Below are positions 39,574 to 52,100 of a stretch of 64,000 nucleotides of DNA, in pieces. Below the pieces are notes generated by a model. That model saw nothing but the letters and a program-made list of their open reading frames with translations. It ran no database searches and was not told the origin of the DNA. Source of the stretch: Oopsacas minuta (Eukaryota; Animalia; Porifera); the NCBI GenBank assembly GCA_024704765.1, contig JAKMXF010000022.1, positions 926,898 to 990,897 of the forward strand, read 5' to 3'. Numbering within the stretch: position 1 is the first letter of the stretch; the number at the start of each line of letters is the position of its first letter. The translations under genes were made by a program, and so were the position numbers.

Positions 39574-42500
39574 GTTTAAATGTAGCATGTATTATAGAGC
39601 CTTAGTTCAAACACTCCCCCATAACCAGTTGAAATATTGATCAGAGTTTCTCAAACTCACATGGTTATGCCCACACTTAATATAAAATTCTGTATCATGA
39701 CCACACACAAGTCGACTTGTTGGTTCAGGTTTGGTCACCACAGGTATACATAGATGGTACGACTGCGTTACACACCACCACTTTTGAATGGTTCTTCTAC
39801 CACTGACATGAATACACCTAATTGGAGACGCTTGGACATTAATATGTACAATAGTATGTTAAATACTTACCAATAATGATATATTTAAATATGTACGAGT
39901 AATTGTAAGGGCCTCCTGATGACGTCATTGTTTATACTCGAATCTTTTGGGTTGAATTGAATTGGCTCTGTAATAGGCTAATATAGAAACTAATTAAATA
40001 AGAAATCCGCTGTAATTAATTAATATAATCTATCATAATTATTCTACTGTTTCACTCTCTGGAGTACCTACTAATGTTAATCTAATCACTCTTAGAAATT
40101 GAATAAATTAAAAATAAGTAGTATAGATAAGTTTGTCAATACATATGAGAAACATTTACTAAATAACATGCTAAACCTATAGGAGTATAGATAATCTCTC
40201 GTGAAAAAAGCACGTTTCTATTATGACGATAATATGCATATTAGTTTAGCTTCAATGAGAAATGAGAGAGACAGTACAATTGATATAATGAAATAAGTAT
40301 GTAAATAGCTGCCCAAAAGTATGTTTTCAATAATTATGCGAAAATATAAACATGCTTGCAAGGTTAGAATCTATGTGTAATCTATGAAACGTTGTAATAC
40401 CTAATATCAGTGGCTGCATGTACTTACTATGTGCAGCCATAAATTGTAATTATTTCTAGCAACATATAACTGCGGCATAATTACTAATTCAAATAATAGT
40501 GGGTTACGCTTAATCATTCGTCCCAGAAAGTTTGGCGAATTATTTTTTCATTATTTCCATGGTGTGGCAGTGTAAATAGACCTGAAATAGACTCCGGGTT
40601 ACTGTCAACTGATATATACGTAATGTGCGAAACTTTTTAATCGGTCAAGTAGCTGATATTTTGCGAAGTAATAATTGCATAGGTCAGATTGTATCAGCAT
40701 ATTACCAACACATACCCGTGAACATACATTCTCTAATGTCTACTTGGTGTACACGGAACTCAATTAATCAATGCTACCTTTACTTTACAGACAATTAGAG
40801 GATTATTAAAATACACACAATATCACATGTAGATAAATTCACTCCATCTAACTAATCATACTCAATATTTATGATATACACTATGTGGATATTCAATAAT
40901 CCATCTGTAAATTCAGAGTAGTATTGATTAATTTAAGTTCCGTATAATTGCTTATCCAGACATTATAGTAAGTGTCTTTTCCCACAATGATACGATATCA
41001 ACTGATTATACCAATAAGCTCTAGAATGAATTATAAATGTAAAGCAAATTTGTTAATTTACTCGCTTCTTTCAACAGTTCAATATTAGAAAAAGGAGTTA
41101 CGTTATACTTGTAAGATATCATGTCTGCTTCCTATATGCTATATTTATGTGATATTGTCATTACAACAGCCACTTGGCAGAACCGTTCCATTTGCATTTT
41201 ATACTATCAACATTGTTACCTCTGATGGTGAGATTCTCACTCTTTAGCGTGAATTTTATAGCCATTCTCTTTTTGTAGTTTTTAACCATAAAAGTGTATT
41301 TAAGCACAATCAGTTTAAAGCCAGCTAGTACCATCCTGTCGTGAAATCCTGATAGGATACTACGTATTAATATCCACCAATTACAGCCATATTTTTACTA
41401 ATTTATTTTTGGGTAACTTCATCATACTTTAAATTTATATTCATGAACAAAACAACAGTGTAATTTTCATTATGGCAGAGTTTAGCGCGTCTACGGGATA
41501 TTATGTGCAGGATATGTGATTATGGATTTGCATACGTTTACATATAGTACTTACATACTTCCGATGTTATGTTTATAGAATGGTACCGCAAAGATGCATA
41601 CATATGTACTGCAATATTAATTATAGAAGACTTTCGTTAACGAATAGACTGAAGTGATTCTCAACAATATGTTACTCAGTTTGATGCTCTTAGTATTCCC
41701 TAATTGTTCCACAAAATTGTTCGTCCTCTTACTCTGCTATAAAATGGAATGTTACCTAAGTCCACGAAAGCCTCTTAAGACAACTTGCCCAATTGGTTAA
41801 GATTTTTGGAGAAACCTAAGGCTGCATGGCCCCAAGAGTTATATACTGAATACTTGCTAATTAGCTAAATTATCAGTAACACAGATTATATATATTACTA
41901 TACTACGATTATTCATATAGATCGAACTAAATGTAATAATTCATAAATCTCATCCGGTCATCCCGTTGAATGATGCAGAAATCAGAATTGACAAAATAGA
42001 CTGCCATTATTGTATAGTTCTCATCTAGCAAGCACACCTATGAATTTATAAATTAACATTCTTCCAATAATTCAACTTAAAGTATCACACTTCTATTTAC
42101 TATAGAATAGTAATCAAATTCAATCATTTTTAAACTCTGCTAAACCTTTCATAAGTAAAGTACAGATTCTTGAAATTATTTTATTTATAATATATAAACT
42201 AATATGATTAAGCTACAATGTGGTATAGAGGGTTATATTTATGTATATTGATTTAGCACATTTCTTAAATGAGTAAATCATCCATATTTTTGTCTATGTT
42301 TGGAAGTTCTCAAATAATGTGAAGGAAATTTATTACAATTATTGATGACAAATGATAATTCAATCGATAATTACTATTTGCTAAGTTGACTAATTCATTG
42401 AAACCATTACGAAGTTTACAACCATGAATATTTAATGTAGAAATGTTCCTATGGTAACTAAAAAGTTTCTGTATATTTCTAAAGCAGGAATAGACCTAAG

Positions 42501-42690
42501 GATAATTCGGTCCCAAATTCTCCATTTCATACTTATATATTTCTCAGCGAAATAACAGTGATTTGGTGATCCATTCATCTAAGTTGATTTCTTATGAAAA
42601 ATCCTAAAAATTTTAGAAAAACATTGAAATTTATTTTTTCGAATACAAAATATTATAAGTGAACGAATATAAGAAGTGAAAAGTCGCAAT

Positions 42691-43299
42691 TTACATGATA
42701 GAACATATTTTGGAATTCCTCTGTTCTTCAATGGCTAGCTTTCCTTGAAGTTCTGCATACTCTTCATGTAGCCTCTTGCGCATTTCTTCACTATGTTGTA
42801 GTTGCTGACTGAGAATAGCGGCTTGTTCCTGGAATTCACTTCTCCTTAGCTCTGACTCATTGAATGCAATCTGTAAATATTCCATCTGAACACTCAGCTC
42901 TGAGATATTCTCATCTCTCTCCATGAGAAGAGTCCTAGCCTCTGATACTGTAAGAGATAGATCATTATTTTCCTGTATCTTATCAGTTAGGTTGTTACAA
43001 GTATCAGAGAGTTCTTTGCTCAGTTTCAGAATTGAGTGTTGACATTTTACAAAGGCAGTTTTCCTCTCATCATCTTCCTCAGTTTTTTTAGATTTGATAT
43101 CTTCCAACTCTTTATCCCAAACTTGCATGAAACTTTTCATCCGCTTAATTACCAAACTCTTGGATTCTGAGTTAGGATCTGGAGGAGGCGAAGGAGGAGA
43201 TTTGAACCTAGAGGTATTCTTTCTAATTATACCCTGGTGCATCTTGTTATCTGTAGCGATAGTTCCCTCGATTAGACGTGTCCCTACATTCGTACTCAT
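42691..43299 (-). CDS. Uncharacterised coiled-coil protein with C-terminal CaaX (CSIM)
   Basis: 202-aa intronless ORF with a Pro-rich patch, a long E/K/Q/L heptad-rich region, and a TGT TCT ATC ATG TAA ending. Confidence 0.7.
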   Translation of the reverse strand: MSTNVGTRLIEGTIATDNKMHQGIIRKNTSRFKSPPSPPPDPNSESKSLVIKRMKSFMQVWDKELEDIKSKKTEEDDERKTAFVKCQHSILKLSKELSDTCNNLTDKIQENNDLSLTVSEARTLLMERDENISELSVQMEYLQIAFNESELRRSEFQEQAAILSQQLQHSEEMRKRLHEEYAELQGKLAIEEQRNSKICSIM

Positions 43300-43460
43300 T
43301 ATCTATTCACCAGAATATTCATGTTATATTTGGAATATCAAATGTGTATAAGAAGAATATGAATTGGCAAATAATAATGTTAGGATAATAATTAGAAGGA
43401 GTAGTGCATGGTAAAATGGTAATGAATATTAACAGGGTTATCGACCTATAAAGAAATACA

Positions 43461-46400
43461 TCATAGTTGTATAACTTCTAGATCATCGTCTAGGTCATCA
43501 ACAGGAACAGTGGGAGGGGGTCTGAGGGTGTTGATTTTGGAGGCAGTTATATTGTTCTCCCAGAAGTAGCCTTTGTCAGAGTTTGGTGGTGGAGAGTTTG
43601 TTTCTTTAGCTCTTCTTCCATGTTGTGGTTTCCTATCTGAATCAGTTTCTATTTGAAACGCATGAGAACTCTTATTGGGAGAGAGCTTGCGTACTTTAGA
43701 GCCGTAGAAGTCATCTTCTGTTGAGTAGGCTGGTTTTCCATGGAACATATTCTCAACAACACTTGCCTTCCTTCCAACATCATGTGTATCTTCTCCATCA
43801 ATGTGATTATTAATTCTATTGTGTGTGTCTTGTTGTAATGTAGCTGCCTCCTCTCGTTTATTATCCCAGGGTTCTTGAGGTATTGAGCCGAATTGTTTTT
43901 CATTATTAAAGAAGAGAGGAGAGTCATGCCTAGGAGCTGAGAATAGTCCTGGATCCATGTTACTAGAAGCTAGCTTAGTCTCTGAACCTTGAGCAGAAGG
44001 ATTACTGAATAGATCATCTAATGCTAGAGCCTTTTTCTTCTTTCCCTTATTAACATTAGTGGTGTTGGAGGTGTCAGATTGGTTCACAGGTGTGCCAGTC
44101 CCAGAACTAGCTTCCTGCCTAAGTGATCGTGGTTGCATTTCTAAGATATCTTGTGGTTGTATTGCCGACTCTGGTAACGAGCTGTTATTGAGAGTACTAG
44201 ATGCTAGAGAATTTGTTTGATTAGTTGAAGAGGAATCTTTGAGATCAATCTGCTTCAGTTTACGTAAGAGCAGTTCTTTCTCGCTAGCATCAATATCTGT
44301 TGTGTGTGTGTTGTGTTGAGCAGAAATGCTATTAGAAGAATCATATATTACTTGTGTAGCAATAGTCTGTGGTAGAGATTTCCTAATTGGATGAGTTTTG
44401 GTGGGAGAGATATTCGAAGTTGTTGATATCTCATTTATAGTGGAAAGAGGAGGATCTGATAATATAGGCATAGGCGGTGAAGTCACCTCACTAGTGTGTG
44501 GAGAGTTCTTTCCAATAGGAGTAGGGTAAGGAGTTAGATTAGTTAGACCTGAGCTAGTCTGTAGAGTTGGAATTGCATCAGATTCAGAGTAGTTACCAGG
44601 CTGTGAGTGTGTAATGGGAGGGGAGAGATTAGGATAATGCTGTTTCTTAGGATGAATGCTTAATTCAGATATTTGAGTTGGAGGAGATGCATCATGAAGT
44701 TGTCCCATTTGATAGCTAGTTCTTGTGAAGTTTGTTGAATGGCTTGATTGGGCTTGAGAGAGAGTGGGAGGGAGACTAAATCGCTGCTCTTCAAATTGCG
44801 CCTCTTCTCTCTCATCAAACAGCTGATCGGGCTTTAGGAGAGAGGGGGAGGTCAGGGTACATTTGTCTTCTTGGGGTATTAGTAGATCTGTTATATTCAT
44901 ATTAGGAGGAAGATTCTTTTCTATTCTGAGACTGTAAATATTTAATTTTTCTAATTGCTTTCTCTTAGTGCGCATCTGTGAATCAATATCTTTCATGTTC
45001 AGCTCCATTAGATAGATACGTTCCTCTTTCTTCTTACAACGAGCTTGTAGCTCTGCTTTCTCACGCTTGATGGACTTGTCTTGCATTGCAAGCTTTCTCT
45101 CAGCCTCTTGGAGTCTAGAGGAGAGCTGTTGGTTTCTACTCAACTCCTCCTCCAAACGTAGACTCAGTGAGTGTCTTTCTTCAAGTTTCCTGCAGATTAT
45201 GTTTACAATATAAGAATACGATAGTATAATACAGTCAGCTCCCGTTATATCGAACACGGATATATCAATACACTTGCTTAAAAATCGAAGTCTGAAATTG
45301 TATAAATATAGTTCCAAACCTTACAAGTAACAGAAATTATATCGGTTTTTCGAACTTTGCTCATATCGATTTAATAATCGTGGTCCCTTGAGCTTCGATA
45401 TAACAGGAGTTGACTGTATGTCAGCATATACAGTGGCATAGGCAAGGTAATATCGCACTACCTCCCCTACTCATGCGCCACTCGTGAGCAAGTAGTCTGC
45501 CAAGGCTGGTTAGGCCACTGCTCATATATTATGAATAAGTTTAACCATAGATCTGGTTGAACCTGGAGTGGAACTTACAAAGGTACGGAAATGTATTAAC
45601 TCATAATTACGTCGCAAATAATTACATAATATTACATATACAGGTCAGCGATGTAGTTTAGAATTTGTCAGGCTACAACACAGTAACATATCGTACCAGT
45701 TTATAGTGAGACAGTTTCTAAGAATCCACCTTAATCATGATTATCTACAAATTGTGATCGACACAAATATTTGACAAACATTAAACAGACTTAAATCATT
45801 ACTAGTAGAAGGTTAAGGGGTAGTCAGCTCCTTATCAAAGCCAAAAGTATTTACCAGCTAAAGATTCGCTGGCATTCTATTACACAAACATTCCGGCAAT
45901 ACTTTACTTTACAAAGTGGCATTTTACTGTTTTACGAACCTTCAGTGCAAGTATTATTTTTTCGCGTCTAATCTAATGACCTCAATTCAATTATTAAATA
46001 ATCAGCTTAAATAACGCAAAGAAATTGTGGAAAATAGTTACATACGTTATTCGTGCCGATTTTAATTAATTAAATATTCTACATTCTACAACAAAGTCTA
46101 AGTTTCAATCAAAAATATGAGATTTAGAAAACATGGAACAAAAATTAAGAATCCCATATTACCAATGAAAGTAAAGGAAAAAGTGAAAATAAATTATTTC
46201 GAGGAAGTTTAGGAAATAAATTTTGAGTTATTAAAATTGGGCCAATAAAATGACCTTACCTATGCTTGAGAGCACTAATTGGTTAATTACGAATTAAGAA
46301 TTCAGGGTACTGGTAATAATCAATATGCTGTTCCTATGAATTGTAATTATTTATTTATTAATTTTTAGCAAAGTTGGAAAATAAACTTATCACTTCATAT

Positions 46401-48538
46401 CAGTTAGATACCCACACAGACTGCACATAGTTATTTAATGTTAAAATTCTATTGAAATAATACAACATGTGATATTATTTCATTTCTTTTTTCTAATGAG
46501 AAATAGTGTGATTGTGAGCAAATATTAGCTTTTGTAGGTAAAAAACTGTAAATTCACTATCCAAATTGATTATTATTCATTTATTTCCTTAATTAATTGG
46601 GTGTTATAATAACCATCTTATTAATTATATGAATATTGTGTGTCATGAGAGTGGTAAAATATTTCAAAAATATTTATGAATTTTTATATTACAAAGATAC
46701 GCGTAAATAAATGTAAATTAATCACACGTTTGATAATTTTTTTAAATTATTCTAATATGGCAGTGACGTAATTCAGTAGCCAAATCATTTTGTATTCAGT
46801 TTGCTTGCTTTTGAGCGATGACTGTAGAATTATTTTCAACTAACTAGAATGTTGTAGCATATATTTATTGAGATTATACTACACTCCAAAACTATCACAC
46901 CTGTGATAGTTTTGGAGTACTTTAATGCTGGTAAGAATTGAGATATCTCTTGTAGATATTTCTTACAATGTTTTGGTAGTTTTCCCCGAAAATTGATTGA
47001 AATGTAAGTTTCTCTGATTATTACTCAAATTGCGCGAATCGAGCGTGTATTTATTCCAAGAAAACATAATGCTTTAGTTGAATTACCATTTAAAACGTTG
47101 TTAACTATATTACCAAATAGTTGTCATTGCATATCTTTACTCTACGTATTTTGTAATTAATATTTATATAGAACTTTTATTCCGCTATCCTCACAATAGT
47201 AATAGATACGTTACTTACGTTTTTCATGAGTAGGACACGATTTTGATATTTTGAAAATCTGCAAAATAGGCTAATTAGACATTTTCTGGAATTATTGGGG
47301 CGGCGAATGTTTATTACATTCTTGTTAAATAATTTAATCGAGTTAATTCATAATGGGAGGTTGGCTAATTGTATTCGATGAAAAAGTGTTGTTTTTTCAA
47401 ATTTTTAGATTCTCAATAAGGTAGCATTGTGTAATACCTTGTTAGCAAGGTCAGTAAGTACTATACACGTATCTACCTTCCTGTCTACTATATCCAAACT
47501 TATACCTCAGCAAACAAAAGCCGATCAGATCTGATCTCGATATCTACTCAACCTTTAAACTCTATTCGAAGAGGGACGGAATGGCAGACGACCCCCATGT
47601 TACCCCAGAAGTTACACCTATATTATTCAGTAAGTAGGTTAAAAACTCTCCTCGAACTACAAATGTTGTAAAATCAACGAAATATATAATACGTATATGA
47701 CAAAGTGTTATTATAGAATTATAACGTCCTAAGGTCTTAAACTCTTTGGAATATTTACAAATCATGTCTCTTCAACTCTCTGTTCTGAATAGCGATGATT
47801 AGTCTAAAATACAGATTTTATAAATCATTACTCACCTATTTTCAGATATCTTTTTTAACTCTACAAGTTTAGCTTTACAATGAATTAATTCATTCTCCAA
47901 ATGCTCCTTCCTACGAATAATATCTGAATTATCTTTCACTACTTTCTTGTATCTGTCCTTCTGTATGACTATTTCTGTCTCATGTCGTCGTATCAATTCA
48001 GGAAGATTCTTGTGCTCTCGCTCTATTCTAGAAACTTCTTTCTGAGCCAAAATATCAAACCTACCAAGTTCAATTATATAATATTAGAATACTAAATTGT
48101 ATTGAATAATAGCTGTGTCCTATACCGTTTGTATAGTTTGTTTTCCTTCACTAACTGCTCTGTTAATAGCTCTTTCTCTTTAAGTGCACTCTGTAGTGAT
48201 CTTATTGTCCGTAGGTTAGCAGATAGCACTCTGTCATTTGGAGGTTTACCCCCGTCATGAGATACCATCCGTTTCTTCACTCTGAGTGGACTTGGCTCTA
48301 ATATTCTATCACTGCCTCTTCCTAGGGTTGGGAGACTGTTAGCTCCTCTGTTCGCCACCTGTCTATGCTTGATCCCCATCGTCATTTCCCTTATTCGGCC
48401 TTCAGGCTTATTTAAGATTATAGCAGGAGTTCTCTTACGAGTCTTAGATTCCTTGAAAATGAACGGAGTCCTGTTTTCAGGGTCACTGTTAATCTCCTCG
48501 TCGAAATCCTCTGAGTATCCATCTGATGCTTCAGACAT
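43461..48538 (-). CDS. Lebercilin-like ciliary protein; exons 48538-48126, 48060-47836, 45189-43461
   Basis: The coiled-coil RVLSANLRTIRSLQ...LVKENK...RRHETEI...LKKISENRKLEERHSL...KLNIYS resembles the lebercilin (LCA5/LCA5L) domain. GT-AG junctions are phase-compatible, and there is a long S/T/P-rich tail. An alternative ATG lies at 48544. Confidence 0.8.
45232..45416. mobile_element. CAGTCAACTC-family MITE in lebercilin intron 2
   Basis: TA|CAGTCAGCTCCCGTTATATCGAA...TTCGATATAACAGGAGTTGACTG|TA. Confidence 0.85.
45431..45520. mobile_element. Small hAT-like MITE (90 bp)
   Basis: CAGTGGC...GCCACTG termini with 8-bp flanks AGCATATA and CTCATATA (6/8 match). Confidence 0.5.
46883..46918. repeat. 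Perfect inverted repeat, 17-bp arms, 2-nt loop
   Basis: ACTCCAAAACTATCACA-CC-TGTGATAGTTTTGGAGT. Confidence 0.9.
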
Positions 48539-48816
48539 ATTCACCTATCTCACAGCTTAGCTGGATAGCTATAACTTACATTTTATTTATCAATTATAAA
48601 TTTATAATATACTGATAAGACAGTCTAGCCTGTTATTAACAGTTAACTATAAAGGCAGTGAGTACACTGTTAATTCTGTAACTGTATACTCCGTGGAATC
48701 GTCAGTGTATATCTTATGGGAGATCTCTTGTATACGAAATTTATCAAACTGATGCATCTACAATAGTATATCTATAACGAGATAACATTTATGCTAATTG
48801 AAATAAATACATAGTA

Positions 48817-48900
48817 CAGTCAACTCCCGTTATGTGGAACACGGATATATCGAATACCCGCTTATATTGAAGTCTGAAATAGTACAAATATGGTCCCATC
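48817..48900. mobile_element. Truncated CAGTCAACTC-family MITE
   Basis: Left TIR and an internal segment similar to the 45232 copy. No right TIR was seen. Confidence 0.6.
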
Positions 48901-49102
48901 CGTCAAAATAATATAAATTTCGGTTAGATCGATTTATTTACCGCGGGCCGTACCGTAGTCCCGTGAATCCATGTGGCATGCATGTCAATTGCTCATCATA
49001 TAACTATTCAATTTCACATAATTTGAATAATCAAGCTATATTTGTATAACTCACATAACTAACCTACAATCTACCCATTTAACTAATGTCTAATGATTCT
49101 TG

Positions 49103-52100
49103 CTAACAGGGCCTGTTGTCCTCACTCCTGGGACGAGGAGCTGCTCGAATGATATTATCAACTCGTAACAACATCTCAGCTGCTTCTACAGCACTTACAA
49201 ACATTTGTAGCTTAACTCTATAGCTCTCTATAATCCCTAGCTTTCCCATGTCTCCAACAGTACCCTTGTCCATATCAAGCCCCATGTTCTTCTTCCCCTC
49301 GCTGTGTAGAGCCCGGAGACGAGCTATCAAATCAGCTGAATCATATCCAGCATTATCTGCTATTATTGTAGGTAATTGTCTGAGAGCGTTAGCAAGAGCT
49401 TCAATGGCAATACTTTCTTTCCCAGCAACCTTGTCTGCTAGCTCCTGAACAGCTCTAGCCATTAGCATTTCTCCAGATCCACCACCGTATATTATTTTTG
49501 GTTCTTTTAGAGTTTGTTGCAGCACACACAATGCATCATGGAGTGACCGTTCTGCTTCGTCTAAGATCTGTTGAGTAGCACCACGGATAACAACTGTACA
49601 AGCACGTCCTCCAGCTACACCAGAGAAGTGGATGAACTTATCTTCCCCGATAATCACCTAGAGATATGATTCATTATTCCTCTCCTGTGATACCAATTAG
49701 TCAGTAGCGTGGACAAATTGGCGCATTTGCGCCACCCTTTTTACGCTGCGCAACACCGCAAGGTATTACGCCATGTGTTAGTGCTTCAGTGGCGCCAGTG
49801 TGCCAGTAGTCCGCTAAATATGGTTACGGCCTACTACACCACCTGCATTTAGTATTCAGTAATAATTCTGCAATTCTTTATATTAATTAAATATCATAAC
49901 CAAATAAGGAAGTTTCATAATACTTCAGTTAGTAAATGATGATGGTATTTGTTATTAGAGGAGTTATTCTCAGGACACTAGAGTCTTGAAAGTAAAATCG
50001 CAAGACCCTAGCATCCTATAGCATTATTTCTGGGACCCTAGGGCCCCAGCTCGAAATTTTATCCCAGGACCCAAAGGTCCTAGTCTAAATATTCGCTCCA
50101 AGACCCTATATTTACTAATACAAAATTAACTTTATACGAGCGACTTCGCTTGCTCGCGCTACGCGGTTGCGAACACTTCGTATCCACACTCAGACCCACG
50201 GCCCTCTAGTACATAACTCGTAATCTTAACCGTAGCAAACATGATACTGCCATAATCTTTATATCTGCCTACTTTATGTCCCCTAAAGTGGACAAATATT
50301 TATGAAATGTTGTTTACAATATCATATTTGGACTCAGCATATTCGATTACTTCAGCATAACCATTCAAAGCATGTTTCTACTACAATTTTGCATCTCCTC
50401 CAGTATTTCCTCTAGTAATATTAATATTATTTAGTCAATTATAATTCCTGCTAATAAATTGAACATTATATGAACTTGATGATCATAGTAAATTGAAATC
50501 CGAGCGGAGCGATGCAAAAATATAAAATTACAACTTGCCCCGACAGCTTAGTCTATTTACCATACTACTAGCCAAAGGTCTCGTCGCTTCGCGATGAATC
50601 CGGCGCATTGCTCCTCGAGGTATTCAACGGACAAACAAACAGCAATTGAGATTAACTAATATAGATTTATTACAAATATCAAGGAAGTAAATAGAATTCA
50701 ATAAAACTTAACTAAATGCTGGAAACACCAGGGAAGAGCTAGAAACTGCTGGAAACTGCCTGGGAAACTGTGGGAAACTGCTGGAAACTGCTAGAAACAG
50801 CTGGAAATTTTATTGTTGTTTTTATGAATATAAAGTAAACAAATTTTCCAAATCTCAAAATATACGTACAGGCTTGCTCTAAATGGCCAAACACGGGTAA
50901 CCCAGTACGCTGAATTGGAATTTGGTATTTTCAAGTTTCTCTTATGTAAATTTATTGTTGTTTTTATAAATCTATAGTAAACAAATTCAATATTGTTGTA
51001 GAAACATGCTTTTAATGGTTATACTAAGGTAATAGTGTATGCTGAGCCCAAATATAATATTATAGACAACATATTGTGAATATTTGTTTACTTTTGGTAC
51101 ATAAAGTAAACAAATTTCAAAATTGAGATAGAATCATACTTTCAACGACTATACAAGGTATACTCGAATATGCTGAGTCTGAATTTTGTAAACAGCATAG
51201 AGATTATTAAATCTCAATTGTTGTTTGTCTGTTTGTTTATTTGTCAGTTGAATACCTCGAGGCGAAATGCGCCGAGTTGATCGCGAAGCGACAAGCCAAA
51301 GGCTCGTAACTAACAAAATAAAACATTCAATTACCATTTAGTTAGTATTAACATCCGCGATCAACTCCTCATGTAACCTTTTTTGATAGCTAATCCAAGA
51401 AATATCCCGTCATGATCCCGTAGGTAAATAATTACCTAATAAGTAATGAAAATCTTTGAATAAATAAAAATGTTAACATACTCAAATCCCGTTAGAAACA
51501 AATCAGCTTAAGGGAAATAGATAGCTCGATCGTTGCTAATAGTGTAATGAAATTTGAAGTATAAATAAACAAGTAAGGTGATCTAGGTGTGAAATAGTAC
51601 AAAAATAGTACAATAAATATAGGTCTAAATGTAGGGTCCTAGGGTCCTAGGGTCCTGAGAATGATGCAGGACACTAGGGTCCTAGAGTGTAATTTCCCTG
51701 GGTTATTAAAATTAATGACATTATAGAGGTGTAATCACTTGACATAGCTATGCACTTGCCAATTATGAATTGTGTACAACTTTTCAAGTTCAATGAATTT
51801 GTGAAGATGATATTACAATAAACTTGATACGTAATAAGATATAAATAGTTATAATCGTTGTACTGTTAGCGCGTGCTAACTATTTAACATATTTGTATAA
51901 GGTCAATAAATCTAAAGGTGACGAGACATAATAGCTGAGTACTATATATATAGTTATAGCACCTAGTTAAATAGTAGGTACACAAATACACGAATGCGCA
52001 TCTACTTGTTAGGAAGATATTTTCAATAACCATATCAATATTTATTAGCTAAAATGCCGAAATGGTCTCTCTCTACTTTTGTGCCAGAAGACTCGTCATC

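Larger units (their letters stand above)
49965..51700. mobile_element. Foldback-like composite: inverted GGACCCTAG-array arms around a repeat-rich core
   Basis: About 49965-50120 and 51605-51700 are inverted relative to each other and built from GACCCTAG/CTAGGGTC units. Exact termini and TSD were not identified. Confidence 0.45.

Noticed and set aside
45190-45317. N-terminus of the 618-aa ORF (MELYLYNFRL...)
   Set aside because: It lies in intron 2 and reads through a MITE. The real exon starts after the CTGCAG acceptor at 45189.
50718-51120. Repeat arrays as a possible CRISPR-like locus
   Set aside because: The units are adjacent or degenerate tandems without unique spacers, in a eukaryotic intron with no cas genes.
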